Positions 27,641 to 41,043 of a stretch of DNA of 64,000 nt are shown one piece after another. The position numbers and the translations under genes were made by a program. The first letter of the stretch is position 1; every line of letters begins with the position of its first letter. The stretch lies in assembly GCA_002633005.1 (NCBI GenBank), contig NMRA01000133.1, positions 552,627 to 616,626 of the forward strand, given 5' to 3'. Below the pieces are notes generated by a model. It made no database searches and was not told where the DNA came from. It saw only the letters and a list, made by a program, of their open reading frames with translations. This DNA comes from Phoronis australis (Eukaryota > Animalia > Phoronida).

Positions 27641-27899
27641 ACTTTTTACTGAGATTCACGGGGTGCATTCAGAATTATGAATTGTGCATTCAGCAATTTT
27701 TTTTCATATATTTATTATCTTTGATAAACATTCACGCATGCACACTTCAGGAGAGACCATTCTTGTATAGTCGTATAAAGTAAACAACTTCTAAATGGAG
27801 TTAAGTTAACGTGAACAATAACATGTTCCTATTTCTCAGAGAAGCTGTTATATACAAAATTTTTATACGCAATTAATTTTCCAGCATTAGGTACTAATA

Positions 27900-28290
27900 G
27901 GCTTGTGAATATAGTTATATTTTTGTGACATCTTCCCTTGTAAATGTAGCCTACTGCTTGGCTAGTAGGTCTAATAGCAAAATATTAAACAGAAAAAAGT
28001 CCAAGAATAACACGTTTGTAAGAGAGACATTTGGGAAGCTGAATGAGACACTTTTGAAGTAGTTTTCTGAATTCCTTCCAAAAATCTTGTACAGGGCGAC
28101 ATTCCCCAAAAAGGTGTGACAGCGTCTCTGGAGCTTTATTACAAAAGGAGCATAAATTAGATTCCCGAACTTGCATTTTTACTAAAAAGTATTTGTTGCA
28201 ATGTTGTTGTGTAATATTCAAAATTGAAACCACTGGGATCCTTTGTAATTTCATGAGGCAATGCGTACTCCTAACTCTATTTCCAATTTA
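27900..28290 (-). mobile_element. L1/Tx1-type non-LTR retrotransposon ORF2 3' fragment (zf-RVT)
   Basis: NKYFLVKMQVRESNLCSFCNKAPETLSHLFGECRPVQDFW = CxxC..ETxxHLFxxC..FW zinc knuckle; interrupted by stops. Confidence 0.8.
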
Positions 28291-30112
28291 CACTCTGGCT
28301 TAGAAGGTAGTTCCCGTTCGAGCCCCGAGCCCCACATGGGTGTGCGCATGTGTTACAATCGATCCCTGACTTGGTGTAGTGCGTAACGTTCATAACTCGT
28401 TGTAACGTTTGGCAGCGTTCTCTGGCTATCACCAGCGCATAAAATGACACAATGACAAGACAAGTCGACTTACCGAGTGTGCCCTAAAATTTAAGTTCAT
28501 GATGTAGGACCCCAGGAAAATGTCCAAATTTGGATAACTTCGAAGCACCATATTTCAAAAATGACTGATCGGATTCATACGAATATTCAGATGTTATGTT
28601 TTATGCAACGTTCTCAGAAACGCGCTCCAGTTTTGCATGAGGAGCCATCAAAATAGAATCTTAATGGTTTTCATGAAATAGCTCTAAAATTGCCTAAAAC
28701 GAAAAAGAAATGACACTTCAAAAAACCGTAAAACCGTTTTTGAGATCTCACCTTGATTAAATTTGATTATGTTATTGACACTGTTGTTTCGCTATCGTTT
28801 TGCTAAATTTTAATAAAAATACATGGACACGTGACACTATCAATAGCGGATTGATGAGGAGTCCAAAATCAAATTCTACAAGCTTCTACTTCCCAAAATA
28901 TGATATTTTTACAACGAGTAACGAATGTGGGTTTATAGGGCGCTAAACATTGATGGCCCGCCGTGGTGCATTAGCAATGAGGACATTCCGAGTACAAATA
29001 TAGACGATCCAGAGGGCAACATTGCTTTCCTTCGACCCAAGTTACTTACTATTGTTAGCCAGATGGGTAAACGTTGCGTATTGCCATCTAATTAGCAAGA
29101 CGAGTGACTGCGTGATATGTACGACACTAAATCCCTCACTTCCAACCAAGTTTGGATTCAGGGTTGGTTCACTGGGTACCTTGATATGAGAATGGCTACT
29201 TGCGACAGGTTATTTAATAAACCAGCCATTACCACCTGTCATATCTGAAAACGGGCGAGTACTTGCGAATAAGTGACAGCTGGAATATTATTATCGTACT
29301 GCACCAAAGATCATATAGACAGCATGTTCTGTAGTCTATGATTGCACGAAGAGGTAAGTTTGGTTCGCTCGTAGAGGTTCTGCTATCCCGATCTGAGATC
29401 GAGAAGCAACGTTATGTCCCGCAAATGGGGCTATGAATGACTTAAACTGTTATTCTTTAAATTGTGCTATTTCCTCGATTAAGGATTGTATGAATTTATT
29501 GGTTAGTCGTTTAGTAGGAAAGTGTCAATTGTTATGTCAGGTGAAACCAATGCCAGGCAATTCACTAAGCAAGTTCCATCTTGGAGACATGCTCAAAATA
29601 GGGGTTCAATCTCGTGCCCACAGGGACTATTAAAAAGGTTTAGTGCCCAGGAGCAGGCAATACAATAAGCAAAACAAGCTGCAACCTAAGACGACCAGGG
29701 GGAGCAGTTCAACAATTGTGACGAGAAGGGGGCTATTTCAACAGATTTTTTAAGTCTGCAGGCTCCGGGAAACCTTAACCCAAGATTGTGTAAATTGAAG
29801 AATTATCTCGCAACGTTTTCTAGTAACAACCGGATCAGTCGTATCAGTCGTTTGTCGTTAGCAGTGGTGGGCTACTGATAAGTTCATTTCTTTCCACGTA
29901 GCAGGATCTCTCCGTTGGGAGAACTAGAGAAGGACAAAAAGGAAATAAAACAACAAGAGGAAGAAAGAAATAGATTCCATCGAATAAGGTTAAGAGAGGA
30001 AGAAAAAGAAGGAAACCCAAAGAACAAGAAAGAAGGAAGAAACGGCATATGAAGAGTGAAAATTCTGATTCAATATCTCCAATACATTATTCTGAATCCA
30101 GCAGGACTGTAC

Positions 30113-33100
30113 ATGATGTCACTCTTTCGCCGACGCCTAAAAATATCAGCTCCAAAAATCTTTCTGTTTCTCTTTCTCTTGGCTATGGTCATCAAAAATG
30201 GGAAAAGAATATTTTCCATCGTATCGATGTCAGATAAACCTGGAATAGATGAAACGTTCCGTAGTCAGCAGAAGCTATTGAACTGTTTGTCTAATGGACA
30301 CTTTCAAAGACCATCACTAACACCAGCGCCGTCTGAAGTGAAAAAACTAGTAGATACTGTCCACGAAGTGTGGGCCTTTCATGGAATACCGTTGAATCTC
30401 ATGCGGCCGGATGGAAAATGTGGAAACGTTACTTTTGACAATCACTGGGCGAGAGCCCTCTGTGACCCCAACAGTGATACCCAGTGTTGTTATGAAAACC
30501 ATTGCGCAAATAAGAATTCGGATGAATGCACATGCCATGGTTGCTTAGATATGCGGCAGCCGCTTCACCCAGAATTCGGAGACTACATCTTAAATGATAA
30601 AAGTTGTGATATTGTCGATTTCAATAAAAGAAGCGCGTGTGACATATTGAATAGAAAAAACGTGTCTTGCATAATTACAATCGGGGATTCCTTACTTCGC
30701 CACTTGCACGAAGGTTTTCTCATACATCTAAAAGAAGATGAACAATACGGTGCATTACGTAACGACGTCGAGGAAGGTAAAATAGTTTATCTTCAATTTT
30801 GCCTCACTTTCACCGTGTCTGCACTTTTTTTAACACGGCATGTTTCTTTGTTGTGGAAAGACAATATAAATGATAGAGGGGGGGGGGGGGGNGAGGGGGG
30901 GGGGGGTCTGCAATGCATTCATCAGATCATTAGGAGGGTAGCGTAATACATTTGAGTACACCAGTGTCGTTTCAAAATACATCTATTACTTGTTGACGTA
31001 TAAATTACCAAGGTTTTATTGTAATGAACAAAAAGTCAAATACGAAATATACAATGAAATAGAATAGATGAAAAACACGAGAGCTGCCCAATTGATGGAC
31101 ACAGAAGCGTCACTGTTTCCAGATTAAAGACTGACAGAGAATCAAGTTTTAGCTCCAATCTCGAACAAAACTTTGAGAAATTGTCCCGTTGTTAGAAATT
31201 ATAGCTCCCGCATTTTCTACTGAGATACTTGTTCCTCGGTGTGATGTAAAATTATTTTTTAGTTGTGTAAACCAAACACAACGAGACACACAGACTATGA
31301 TTTGTACACTTTTATCGCTATTTGAATTCTTATACAAGTAGCCTCGTCCACATAATTTGTTGATTTCAGAGATCAGACAAGAATGCTCAGGATATCGCCA
31401 GTTTACGGAAAAATACTGTCGAAACCACGTGGACTTTAACAGTACCGTCTGTGGTGGTAAAATACAAGTGCTTATGGCGGGAAATGGCTACAAAGCAGGT
31501 GATTATTTTTTGAACGTCTCTGCTGTATTACACGCAGTCGAATGTTTTTCAATTGCTTGCTGCTGCTTGTTAATGTTATATTTTAGAATCAAAAACACTC
31601 GTGTTTACGGGAGGCTATCGTAGTTACTGTTTGGGTGAATTCGCATCCTTGAGCACTCCTGTGCGGAGCTTGAATCAGCACCAGCACTGTTCCCCAATGA
31701 TCTAATTTATCTCATTGATCCACCCCTTCTACCAGGTAGTTGCAGGCATACTGTTGTTTTGTTCTGACTGTTTAAAAATAATACCAAGGTGCCTCAAAAG
31801 CTGACGTGTTTGTAGTTCGTGCAATGCATCAGTTCCTTACCAGGTGTCGTCATGGCTGCCAGAATTTTGATTTCGCATTATAATAATAGCCGAATACGGG
31901 CATGTGAGCTCTCTTACAGCCATAGCAGCTGTTACAGTTCATTAATAAGGGTAAAATTTGTTACACTTTCGTCATGAATGCTTGCTTGCGTGTATGCTGG
32001 CGTTTGCACGATACAGGCCAAGTTTATCCAAAACTTAAAGGAGAAGGCTACCTTTTTCATGTCATTTTTAGTAAAAATACGGTTCATTGATTATCCCAGA
32101 TATATGCTTCAGTTAATTACGGCTTCCCGTAATTTTATGAATTAGTCGTGCCCTACTCCGGAAGTGACGTTTAGGGAGTTAAGAATTTCCCGCCGTTTTT
32201 TCTATGTTTGAGTTTACTGTGAGGATCTGTTCTACTCATGTTCGTGCTGGTTTCCTAACTTTGTCGTCGCCATTTCCCATCGACAAGTATTTTACAACAA
32301 GCTGGGTTGTTAGAGAACTCAATTACATTGGATTTATGGATCGTTTAGTTTGTAGTAGCCTGACAATGACTGGAGTCGGCGACCCATATAAGACACAGTG
32401 ACGTGAGTGACGGAGACATTGTTTATAGCAGTGGCAACGAAGAATTTTTTCACGAACAGTGGATATATGTTTGAGCCCTAGTATAGTGAGGCAGAATACG
32501 CACAGACAGCTGTTGAGAGGAATGAGGCAGAGACTGAGTTCCGGTGTGCACTGTTATCAGATGCCGACCTCCATGGAATGCCTATGCTGTTCCCACTGGA
32601 TGGTTACCTGAGCAATCAAACCGTTTACATACCGCCATGTGACTCCCTCGCCACACGTACGTACACCTGACACCTTCTAAATAGCTCCAATACTTTAGTT
32701 CAGTGCATAATAAACTTGTCGAAGTTTGGCTCATCGGCCTGTTCACTGAACGACGAACTGTCATCCTCATTGGGTGTCGAACTGGGCCACTACACAACAT
32801 CGGTGCATTACAGGCTCTGGGCTGGAGACCACAACAGCACAGGGCAAATCACTACTAGTTCCTGGAACTGTACGCTCTGGGGCACGTTCGGAGGCACGGG
32901 TGACAATAAATGAAGGGCTTCCAGTGGCTGTAGAGGCCACAGCTCGCGAGGCTTCTCGCTTCAAAAATGCACTTCTCTGGGATAATCAACGAACCATATT
33001 TTTATTAAAAATGACATGAAAAAGGGTTGCCTTCTCCTTTAAAGACGCACTTCCCTCTTGTTAAGCTGCCACTGTTCGTTATTACCACGCTCAACCGTTC

Positions 33101-33613
33101 TTGAATTATGAGCCAGTACTAACTCAAGTCCCACCAAATGTGCATATGCGCCATTTTGTTACTGTTACAGATTACGCGGAAGATGCCATCTACACATTGA
33201 AGTCAATGCCACAAAACACTCTTATCATCAACTCAATTGGATTACAAGACGATTTTAAGTTGCGGTACATTTTGACCAAGTACGTAGAACCTGTTGTTGA
33301 AACGTACCAAAGTGTTCGGAAAAGATTCAGGGAAGACCGGTCACGTGGAGCAACAAGTGACTGGCCAAAATACATGTGGATGTCACCACACTTACCTGGC
33401 CTCTTGAAAGGTGTCAACTATGTTAACCAAGGCGAACAAGACGTCAGATATTACGACGCAAGGATGAAAGACTTCTTTCAGTCGCGCGACCTTCTTTATT
33501 TCAATACATTTAATATCAGCAGAAATGTATTCAGTTGGGACGGCACTCTTTATGGACAGGGTTTCAATATGAAACTTGCGCAAGTTTTACTGAGTTTTGT
33601 TGATGCATTGTAA
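30113..33613 (+). CDS. Type II membrane SGNH-hydrolase/PC-esterase-like protein with Cys-rich hevein-like module, 411 aa, 3 coding exons
   Basis: Exons 30113-30776, 31370-31498 and 33171-33613 (both introns GT-AG, phase 1; 1236 nt in total). Basic N-terminus plus hydrophobic anchor (RRRLKISAPKIFLFLFLLAMVI). Cys module RPDGKCG...CDPNSDTQCCYENHC...CTCHGCLDMR. Nucleophile motif IITIGDSLLRH. Also NSIGLQD and terminal SWDGTLYG followed by a helix (NMKLAQVLL). Confidence 0.8.
32039..33038 (+). mobile_element. Kolobok-like non-autonomous DNA transposon, 1000 bp, TTAA TSD, in intron 2 of the SGNH gene
   Basis: ~62-bp TIRs AGGAGAAGGC(T/A)ACC..TTTTCATGTCATTTTTA..GATTATCCCAGA with about 5 differences; TTAA at 32035-32038 and 33039-33042; decayed GYMFEP*YSEAE and CYQMPTSMECLCC motifs inside. 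Confidence 0.8.
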
Positions 33614-34381
33614 TACTTGTCCAGGAGCATAAGTCTAATGTGTTCTATTAAATGAAATACAGTCCAGTGAACGTTTATTAAAAATATTAGAACACAAGTA
33701 ATCTTGTAAAGCATAGATAAGTAAAGACAATACAAAATTGGTAAAATCTAACTGCACATGGAACATCATCGCAGTATTAGGTAGAAACGTATTTTTTAAG
33801 ATTCACGTCATATTTATACTACATCCTTATTAACCCGATTAAACGGAACATTTAAAATATCACCGACAATATCCTGTAGAGATTTACACTGAGCATTATA
33901 TCAGAGTACAATGTTATACCAAGGCTGTCAGATTGAAAAACTTGAAATCTAGTCTTGAAAATTTGACATTCGCAGAAAAGCAGATAGAATAAACGAAATT
34001 CACTGGCGTGGTAAACGGAAAAGTAGAATTCATCACCGCGTAAATTGTCTCAATTTAAAATTGAAAGTCACAACTAAATGTTATTAAAAAGTCAAGCTAT
34101 ATCCTTCTTGTTTCAACAAACTCGCCTTAATATCTGAGGGGTCCACATATTCAGTGCATAATGGAGTGACACAAAAATCACAAGCCATCTTGCTCATGTA
34201 TCAATTATGCCTTAATGACTTTGCTGCTTACATTACCAAGGGGTAGAAACAGTTCCACGATTGCCCCTCTAAAACTCAACTATTGTAACTGAACCATGAG
34301 AAACCAAATCCCTAGCACACATTAAGCCCCAGATTCGCACTCCTAAACGAAGCACAGGCCGAAAATTCTCCATACGCGCGA

Positions 34382-35002
34382 CAGGCCCTTAGCCAGGATT
34401 ACGCAAGGGGTGGTTCGAATTTCTGAAACAGTGGACCTTTTGATGACATTTGGCAAAATTGGCATCGACTCTGTACCTTTTTCGGGAGCGCCTCTAAGGA
34501 GCTAAACAGTGGGTGACGCAATAAGTTTTCAATAAATAAATGTCAAGGAATTCAAACGCAACAAGTTCCGTTACCTCAATGTATATGTTGTAAATTCCAT
34601 TTCAGTACAACATTGCGCATGCGCACTGAAACGACGAGATATACACCAGGTTAACAGGCTTCCAAATTTAATCTTCCTGGTATTTATCTTCTCTAAACGT
34701 GGTCAGTAACCCGCTGTTGTGGACATATATAAGCGGCAATATGGTAATTTGTATGTGACTCCTCTCATACCCGCTCGCATGAACGTGTACACATCGGGTC
34801 TTACAGACCAATGACTACGGGACACACCTGTGGCTGACGTTTTCTACAGATTCGGAATATTTGTTTTCATGTTCTTCATTTCGAAGTTTTTTTTTCTTTG
34901 GGCAGTCTTTCCATAGAGGGTACGGGCTAGGACTCGACCTTTTTCTCGGGGGAGGGGGTTTCGATCGACCCCACCCTACGTACTCCCCTGGCTAAGGGCC
35001 AG
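34382..35002. mobile_element. hAT-like MITE (CAGGCCCTTAGCCAGG ends), approximate 5-bp TSD
   Basis: Inverted ends caggcccttagccagg / cctggctaagggccag; flanks cgcga / cgcaa. Confidence 0.65.
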
Positions 35003-35559
35003 CGCAATGACCAAACTGCCATCCATGGTTTGTACCCCTAATTTGCAGGTGGAATTTAAAGGCACGACTTAAGAATCTGAGGCCACTCCAAGGAATTGAC
35101 TTAAGTTCATTTTTTACTTAAGTCTAAGATTTGTCTCAACTTCCAAATTTTGAAACTCCTGCATCGGGTAAGAAACCCAAAATTAGGACAAAACTTAAGA
35201 TCTCTTTCTTAAAAAGGACAAATCTAAGTTTTATCTTAAAACTGATTGAAATTTAAGATCTATCTCAGCTAAGTCAGTTTTCTTGGGACGGGTCCCTGAT
35301 ACTGAATTGGAAATTGGTCGTCGTGTCTGGAGCATTTTCTATGCTTGTGTAGAATTTCAGGGATTTCTACCACGAATTTGGTGGCTGTTGGTACGGTACT
35401 GGAGTTTAGAAGATAGTAGTAAGTGAAAACAGAGGTGCCAATATGAATAATGATTTCACTCCTCGATTACAAGTAAGTAGCTAAACACTGTGATTGATAG
35501 AAAAACTAGAACGGACCACAAAACTTGTGGATATTTTGCTATTGTGCGAACCGACTACG

Positions 35560-36088
35560 GCCATACTGTGTAATTATTGCAGGTGTTTGAATCAGTGGGG
35601 GGAGCATTCGAAATAAATGTCGATCTATATTTGCTCGAAGTATAAATTTGCATAAATTATGAATTTTTTCATGCAACAGCCTGGAAATTGGTTTCGTTAA
35701 ATTGACCATTGAGCAATGGATGCAAACATCAATATCATTTACCAGTGGTGCTTGATACCCCACCTATAAGCACAAGTAAATTGTCAAGTAAAATTAATGT
35801 CTGTATTAATTTGCATAAACTATGCGAATTCACCTGCAGACTTCCTCCACTGAATTCACTCACCTTGAAAACAAAGATGAAAACATCAAAATAATCTGCC
35901 TCCGGTGCTTGGCACAAAAGTTATCAGCTAAAACAGAATTTTGCATATAGCTGCCTTAATTTGCATATTTAAAATTGCCCAAGGTTGCCAAGAATACAAC
36001 ACAGGTAAAATGCTTCAGGTGCGTCAACTCAACATGAAGTAATCAACAAAACTTACACTACCTAGACGCTAGGATGGCCACTAGACTA
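35560..36088. mobile_element. Probable Academ-type terminal fragment
   Basis: Ends in CTAGACTA like the right end of the 51893-56128 element and carries repeated atttgcataaa motifs also seen in its TIR; left boundary unclear. Confidence 0.4.
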
Positions 36089-36899
36089 AAGCATCCACAA
36101 CCGTGAATCAAATGTGGATTAAACACATATTCATTTACACAACTAAAGAATGGTTTCGAAATATAACTTGTGTTTTAACTTGTTTTTCTGTAATGTCTCT
36201 CGATGTTTTGCAACATAGCTGCACGCCTGAAGATAGGAGTTGTTTAGAGACTACGAGAAGTATGTATTAAGCTGTCCAACCAAAAGTACAGTCGTGTCTT
36301 CAATCAAATTTGTGTTAACGAAGGGCTGTTACTGAACTTACCGACAACTAAAGAATGGAAACAATTCAGAAGCCAGGCCGGACAACTAAATCTAGTGGCC
36401 ACTATAATATGGCTGACTGCTAAATCTAATGATCAAACAAAACCGTTCTTCCGTGCACCATCACCGTGCTGCCACACCAACTCAGTCCACTGGCCCAGTG
36501 ATAATGATTGGTGGCTAGACAAATTTAGATTTTGTTCCACGTACACAGCAATTCAATTATCATGCCAACACATGCTTTAGACATATACCTCTATGCACAG
36601 CTGTGTGTGTTGACGTAATGCTAGATTCAGCAGACTAGTCAGAATATTTACGGGTCCAGCCACTCTAATGTTTCAACTCACTGAACTGACAAGCAACCCA
36701 TTCACAATCCAAATGTTCATTTTTCAAGTTTGTTATGTCACATCCTTGATGGTGTTAAACCGTAGACTGTCTCTTCCTCAGTCACATCTACTACACCAGA
36801 CTGTCTCAATGCAGTTTCCACATTTCCTGAGAGTGACCAATCCAGAAAAGTGGCTTTAGATCTGCTGGGCTGTAAGCCAGTGCTCTTGGGCCAATACTG

Positions 36900-37427
36900 T
36901 CTCCCTGATTAATTCCTCATGTTGCGAATCTCGTTAGTTTTCTTTCCAAATTTCTTGTGATTTAACAAACTCGTCCAAGAGCCTGAGGAATTCGCCAACG
37001 GTACAGATTATTTTCTCATCGGTTTCGCATTTGTCCTCGTCCAAACTTTGCTCACGATAAATATGTCGTCACCCTCAATCACCGTGCTTGCATCGGATGC
37101 TCATAGTACGTGAGGCAACGCCAGTACACACCAAGATTGTATCGGTGGGGCAAACAACAGACTCTAGGTCCTAGTGCATAACCCCACATCTTCATCTTTC
37201 AACTCCGAATGCCCCCACTTCAAGAGCATAAGTTCCCCATCGATGTCCACGTCACTTTCTTGCACTCTCAAGTTCCTCAAATATCTCCCTATATACCTTA
37301 TACATTTGTAAGTGTTACTTTTAAAGTTTCCTCTTCTGGTAATTTGGAAAAAATCATATTCATTGCCACAGGCAGGGCCAGATGAATAAGCAAACCTGAA
37401 TTTAAGAGAAGAACAGTCATCACTCAT
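36900..37427 (-). pseudogene. Decayed N-terminal part of a DNA-transposon ORF (possibly Sola3-like)
   Basis: ORF 37164..37427 followed, with a frameshift, by VCP(H)RYNLGVYWR...EHP, resembling the CxxHRxxLGxxWR..HP motif of large invertebrate transposases; family call is tentative. Confidence 0.35.
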
Positions 37428-40400
37428 CGGACGTTCATGGCTGAACGACTAGTTCGCTTTCGTACTTCAATACGTAGTTTACCTGTTTGCGTCAATGAGA
37501 GTTTCCAAATTATAGTCAAGCCGTTCCCTTTGATTGCTGTATAATATTCATGACAATGGTAGTTAAAAAATTGATTGATTTTACATGACAAATATATACA
37601 CATTTGGGGTGTAAAGAATTGAATTTGATTCCCCCAAGAATGCAGGAAAGGGTGGCACCATTATTTTGCATCTATTTTAAGGGTGTAGGCTCTTCTACAT
37701 GTCAATATAAATAATTCTAGTTGCTTTGCGGAGGTAGGTGAGATATATATTAGGATATCTCCTATTGCCGGTTTTTCAATCGCGAGAAATGTTCCTCCAC
37801 TAAAAGAGTCCAGGTGTTGCCATTGTAATTGATTTTCAAGTACCAGTGCCATTTTTGTTTATATGTCATGCACCAACTACATTGTATCAAAGATGTTTGG
37901 AACAAAACGGTTGTGGCGTAGAAGGTGCACTCGTAAATATAGTGAAAAGTGACTCGTTCGCTATCAAGTCAATATTTTGCACCCAAAGAGGCTACCCTGG
38001 CATTCCCAAAAGCCAAAGAGTTACGTGGTGCCACACTGCACACACTTTCCCTCAACCCTAATGGGATTAACCAAACCAAACACGGTTTTCAAAGGTTACC
38101 CCCATCCCTCCCCCATCTTGTCGCTTGTGGCCTGTAACATAACCGGTGAATCCGCGGACTGGTACTTTATTTTCATAACAGAAGAGAACATCTGGGCGAA
38201 GTTGCAAGCTTTGCTTCAAAAAGTAACCCAAAGAACAGTGTGCTTTATCCACAAAAGTTGGCAATATTTTACAGCAAAGCTATCCGCCTTACGCCTTGAA
38301 TGCATGCAGTGACGAGGATTTTTAAACTGATAATGGTAATTAGGGCCCAACTTTGAAGAACCAAAAACATTTGCTTTATTTCTTTTACCCTTTAGTACGC
38401 ACTAGATGCAGCTTTTTGTTGTAGTTTAAGAAGTGGTTTATTTGCATTACTTTCCATGGCAACCATTGCTGGATTTTCAAAATCCTGGTACTGGCTTTGA
38501 CATTCTAACCAAAAGTGTTTGCTTTCAGTTGTTGATTTTTTTAGATCGTTTCCTAAGCTGCGGGCAGCTTTTATTTGTAACAACACTTACATGTGCGTGT
38601 GTACACGAGTTCCAACATTTGTGGATTATCAAAATTGTTCTACTGGTTATGGTATTTGATAAAGCCAACAGTGTACGCTTTAGGCAGTTTAAAATTTTCC
38701 AAATTTAAGTCATTATTGACGTGCACAGGTTCGTATGCTATTGTAATTTCAAAGTTCATGGTTACCATGGCAACGGCAATCATTCAAGCTTTACAACGCC
38801 CCTAAGTTTTTAGGAAGGGACACCAAAACTGCTTGTGGAAACGGTTGCCTGCTTCTATCTAACGTAGCTGCCATCAAGCCTAAAATTGGTTTGATTTTGT
38901 CCGGGGTTTTGATGCCCAATTCAGCTCAGCAACAACCTTAAAGATGTATTGCATGCTCCTAACTATGCTAATGTATAGCAGGAACTAAACGACAATGATA
39001 TTTTAGCATTATCTATGCTGAACAAAGTGCAGTTGTATTCACTGACAACTTGTAAATGTGAAAACAAAAAATTTCTGCAAATAGGTGACCTTTGCACTAA
39101 TGACGTACCTTGGAGGGTTACATAGTCCGCATCATACAGTGCTATTCCCCAACACCACGTCACGATACTTACTGGACACGGTTGAGGGATTTACGGCGGA
39201 TCATTTTCAACACAAATTTCGCTCTTAAAAACATTTGGCAATTTCCATTATACTTCATATTCACATCGTCGCTATAGGCTGTGTTTCTAATTTGACCAAG
39301 CAATCACAGAGATACAGAATTAGCGGATAAGTCCCACTTTATCTTGCAAGGTTCAAACCAAGAACCTTTGTGCATGTTAGTGCCTGTTTTGGCATGATTT
39401 GGCCATCAAAACCTGAAATTGCTGATTTTGGTGGCGGTGCATATTTCAGCTTGACAACCTACCCCCTAAGTTTCCAGGGGTCACAATACAAATAATTGTA
39501 CTTCGAACATGGTTGCCTGCTTCTAACATAATTTTGCCGTCAAACCTAAAATTGCTGATATTGCGCCGCTGACTATATAGCTTTTGGTGATAAAAATATT
39601 ATTTTTCTCTGCAATGCTAACACTTCTTGCGTAGCAAATTACAGATGGCGTCTCTTCAATACTTACCTTTATTTACTTACATGTAACCGATGGCACCAGG
39701 AAACAAACGTAGCATCCACCGTCGTAATGCCGCCATCAATGACCACTGACGTCCTTGGTGATTCAAGCCCACAAACACGCGACGCATGACAAGATACGAG
39801 CTCACTTCACCACTCAGCCACACTGATTCTAGCGCACACGATCTACTGCACAGTGCGTCAGAAGACGCAGCGCACTGCGATCCCAGTTTATATATACACG
39901 TTACCCACAAGAAAAGAGTGCTAGAAGACACAACATACTGTGATCTTTCATATTGACACTCGTCCTCTCAAGCATGAAAAAAGTTCTCAGATGCGGCACG
40001 ATTCAAACACATACTCGTCCTTTCAAGCATCATGGTTCACAGATTGAATGCTATGGAGCGTGGATATTTTGCTTGTTGCTTGCTTGCTAGATATGAGGAT
40101 GACCAAAGCCATTGTCTCAAATCTGTCACGTAAGAGGAGTGCATTAAAAATAATTGCAGGCGGTCTGGTACACGTCTGCACCAGACGTGCGCAGGCCGCG
40201 CATGTGCACCCATTGCACAAATCACCTGGAGTGCGTTCCATATACCAAAGATTCTCGAGATTACCAATAAAGACTACGCAAAATCACACGATTAAAAGGC
40301 AAGAGTTTTGTGTGTGTCCTCGAGACCTTACCAACGTAACCTAACAAAATGACGGCCACCGTGGATTGTCAACAAGGTTGGTATGCTGGATTATGGGATA

Positions 40401-41043
40401 GAATTCGTGTATAATGGCATATAATTCATTGTTACCGTTTGATAAGCAAAGAGTTCTTGCCCCTGGTCAAAGGAACGTAGCTCAGGTACACAGGTCTGTG
40501 ACCTGAGAGTGAAAATTAATTCTTTGGTGGTAAAAGTGGTGTGCTGTACATGTACGATGTACAGATGTGCTCGTGAGAGATATCCTAGTAACAAAGTTGT
40601 GGACCCAGGTCTAATCTTTGAACTCGATATCAAACTCAAAATTATTTTTGGCATGTTCCGTTCTATTTCTGTGCGAATTCAAGACAATTTTCTATTAACG
40701 TGTGCTCGAATACGTTACTTGGATAAATTGCAATCCGAGCATGCACTTAACGACCCCAGTTTTAAAGCTAAAAGTCCAAGTCTGACTATAGACTATACAA
40801 GCTATCACATGAAATGACCCCTGACTTTTCTATTATTCGATATCATGATCCTGGAGACTGAAATACAACGAAGTAATCGGGCTTATCTTACACTGGTTGG
40901 CCTTGACTGACTTCGCCGGCTCCTCCGATTGAACCGACGAAGCCATCGGTTTAGTTTTTGATAAGGTCTTGGTTGCACCCCAATCAGATGTCTTAGCCGG
41001 TTGACACGGCGGAACAGGTGAAGTCAATCAAGGACAGCTATAG

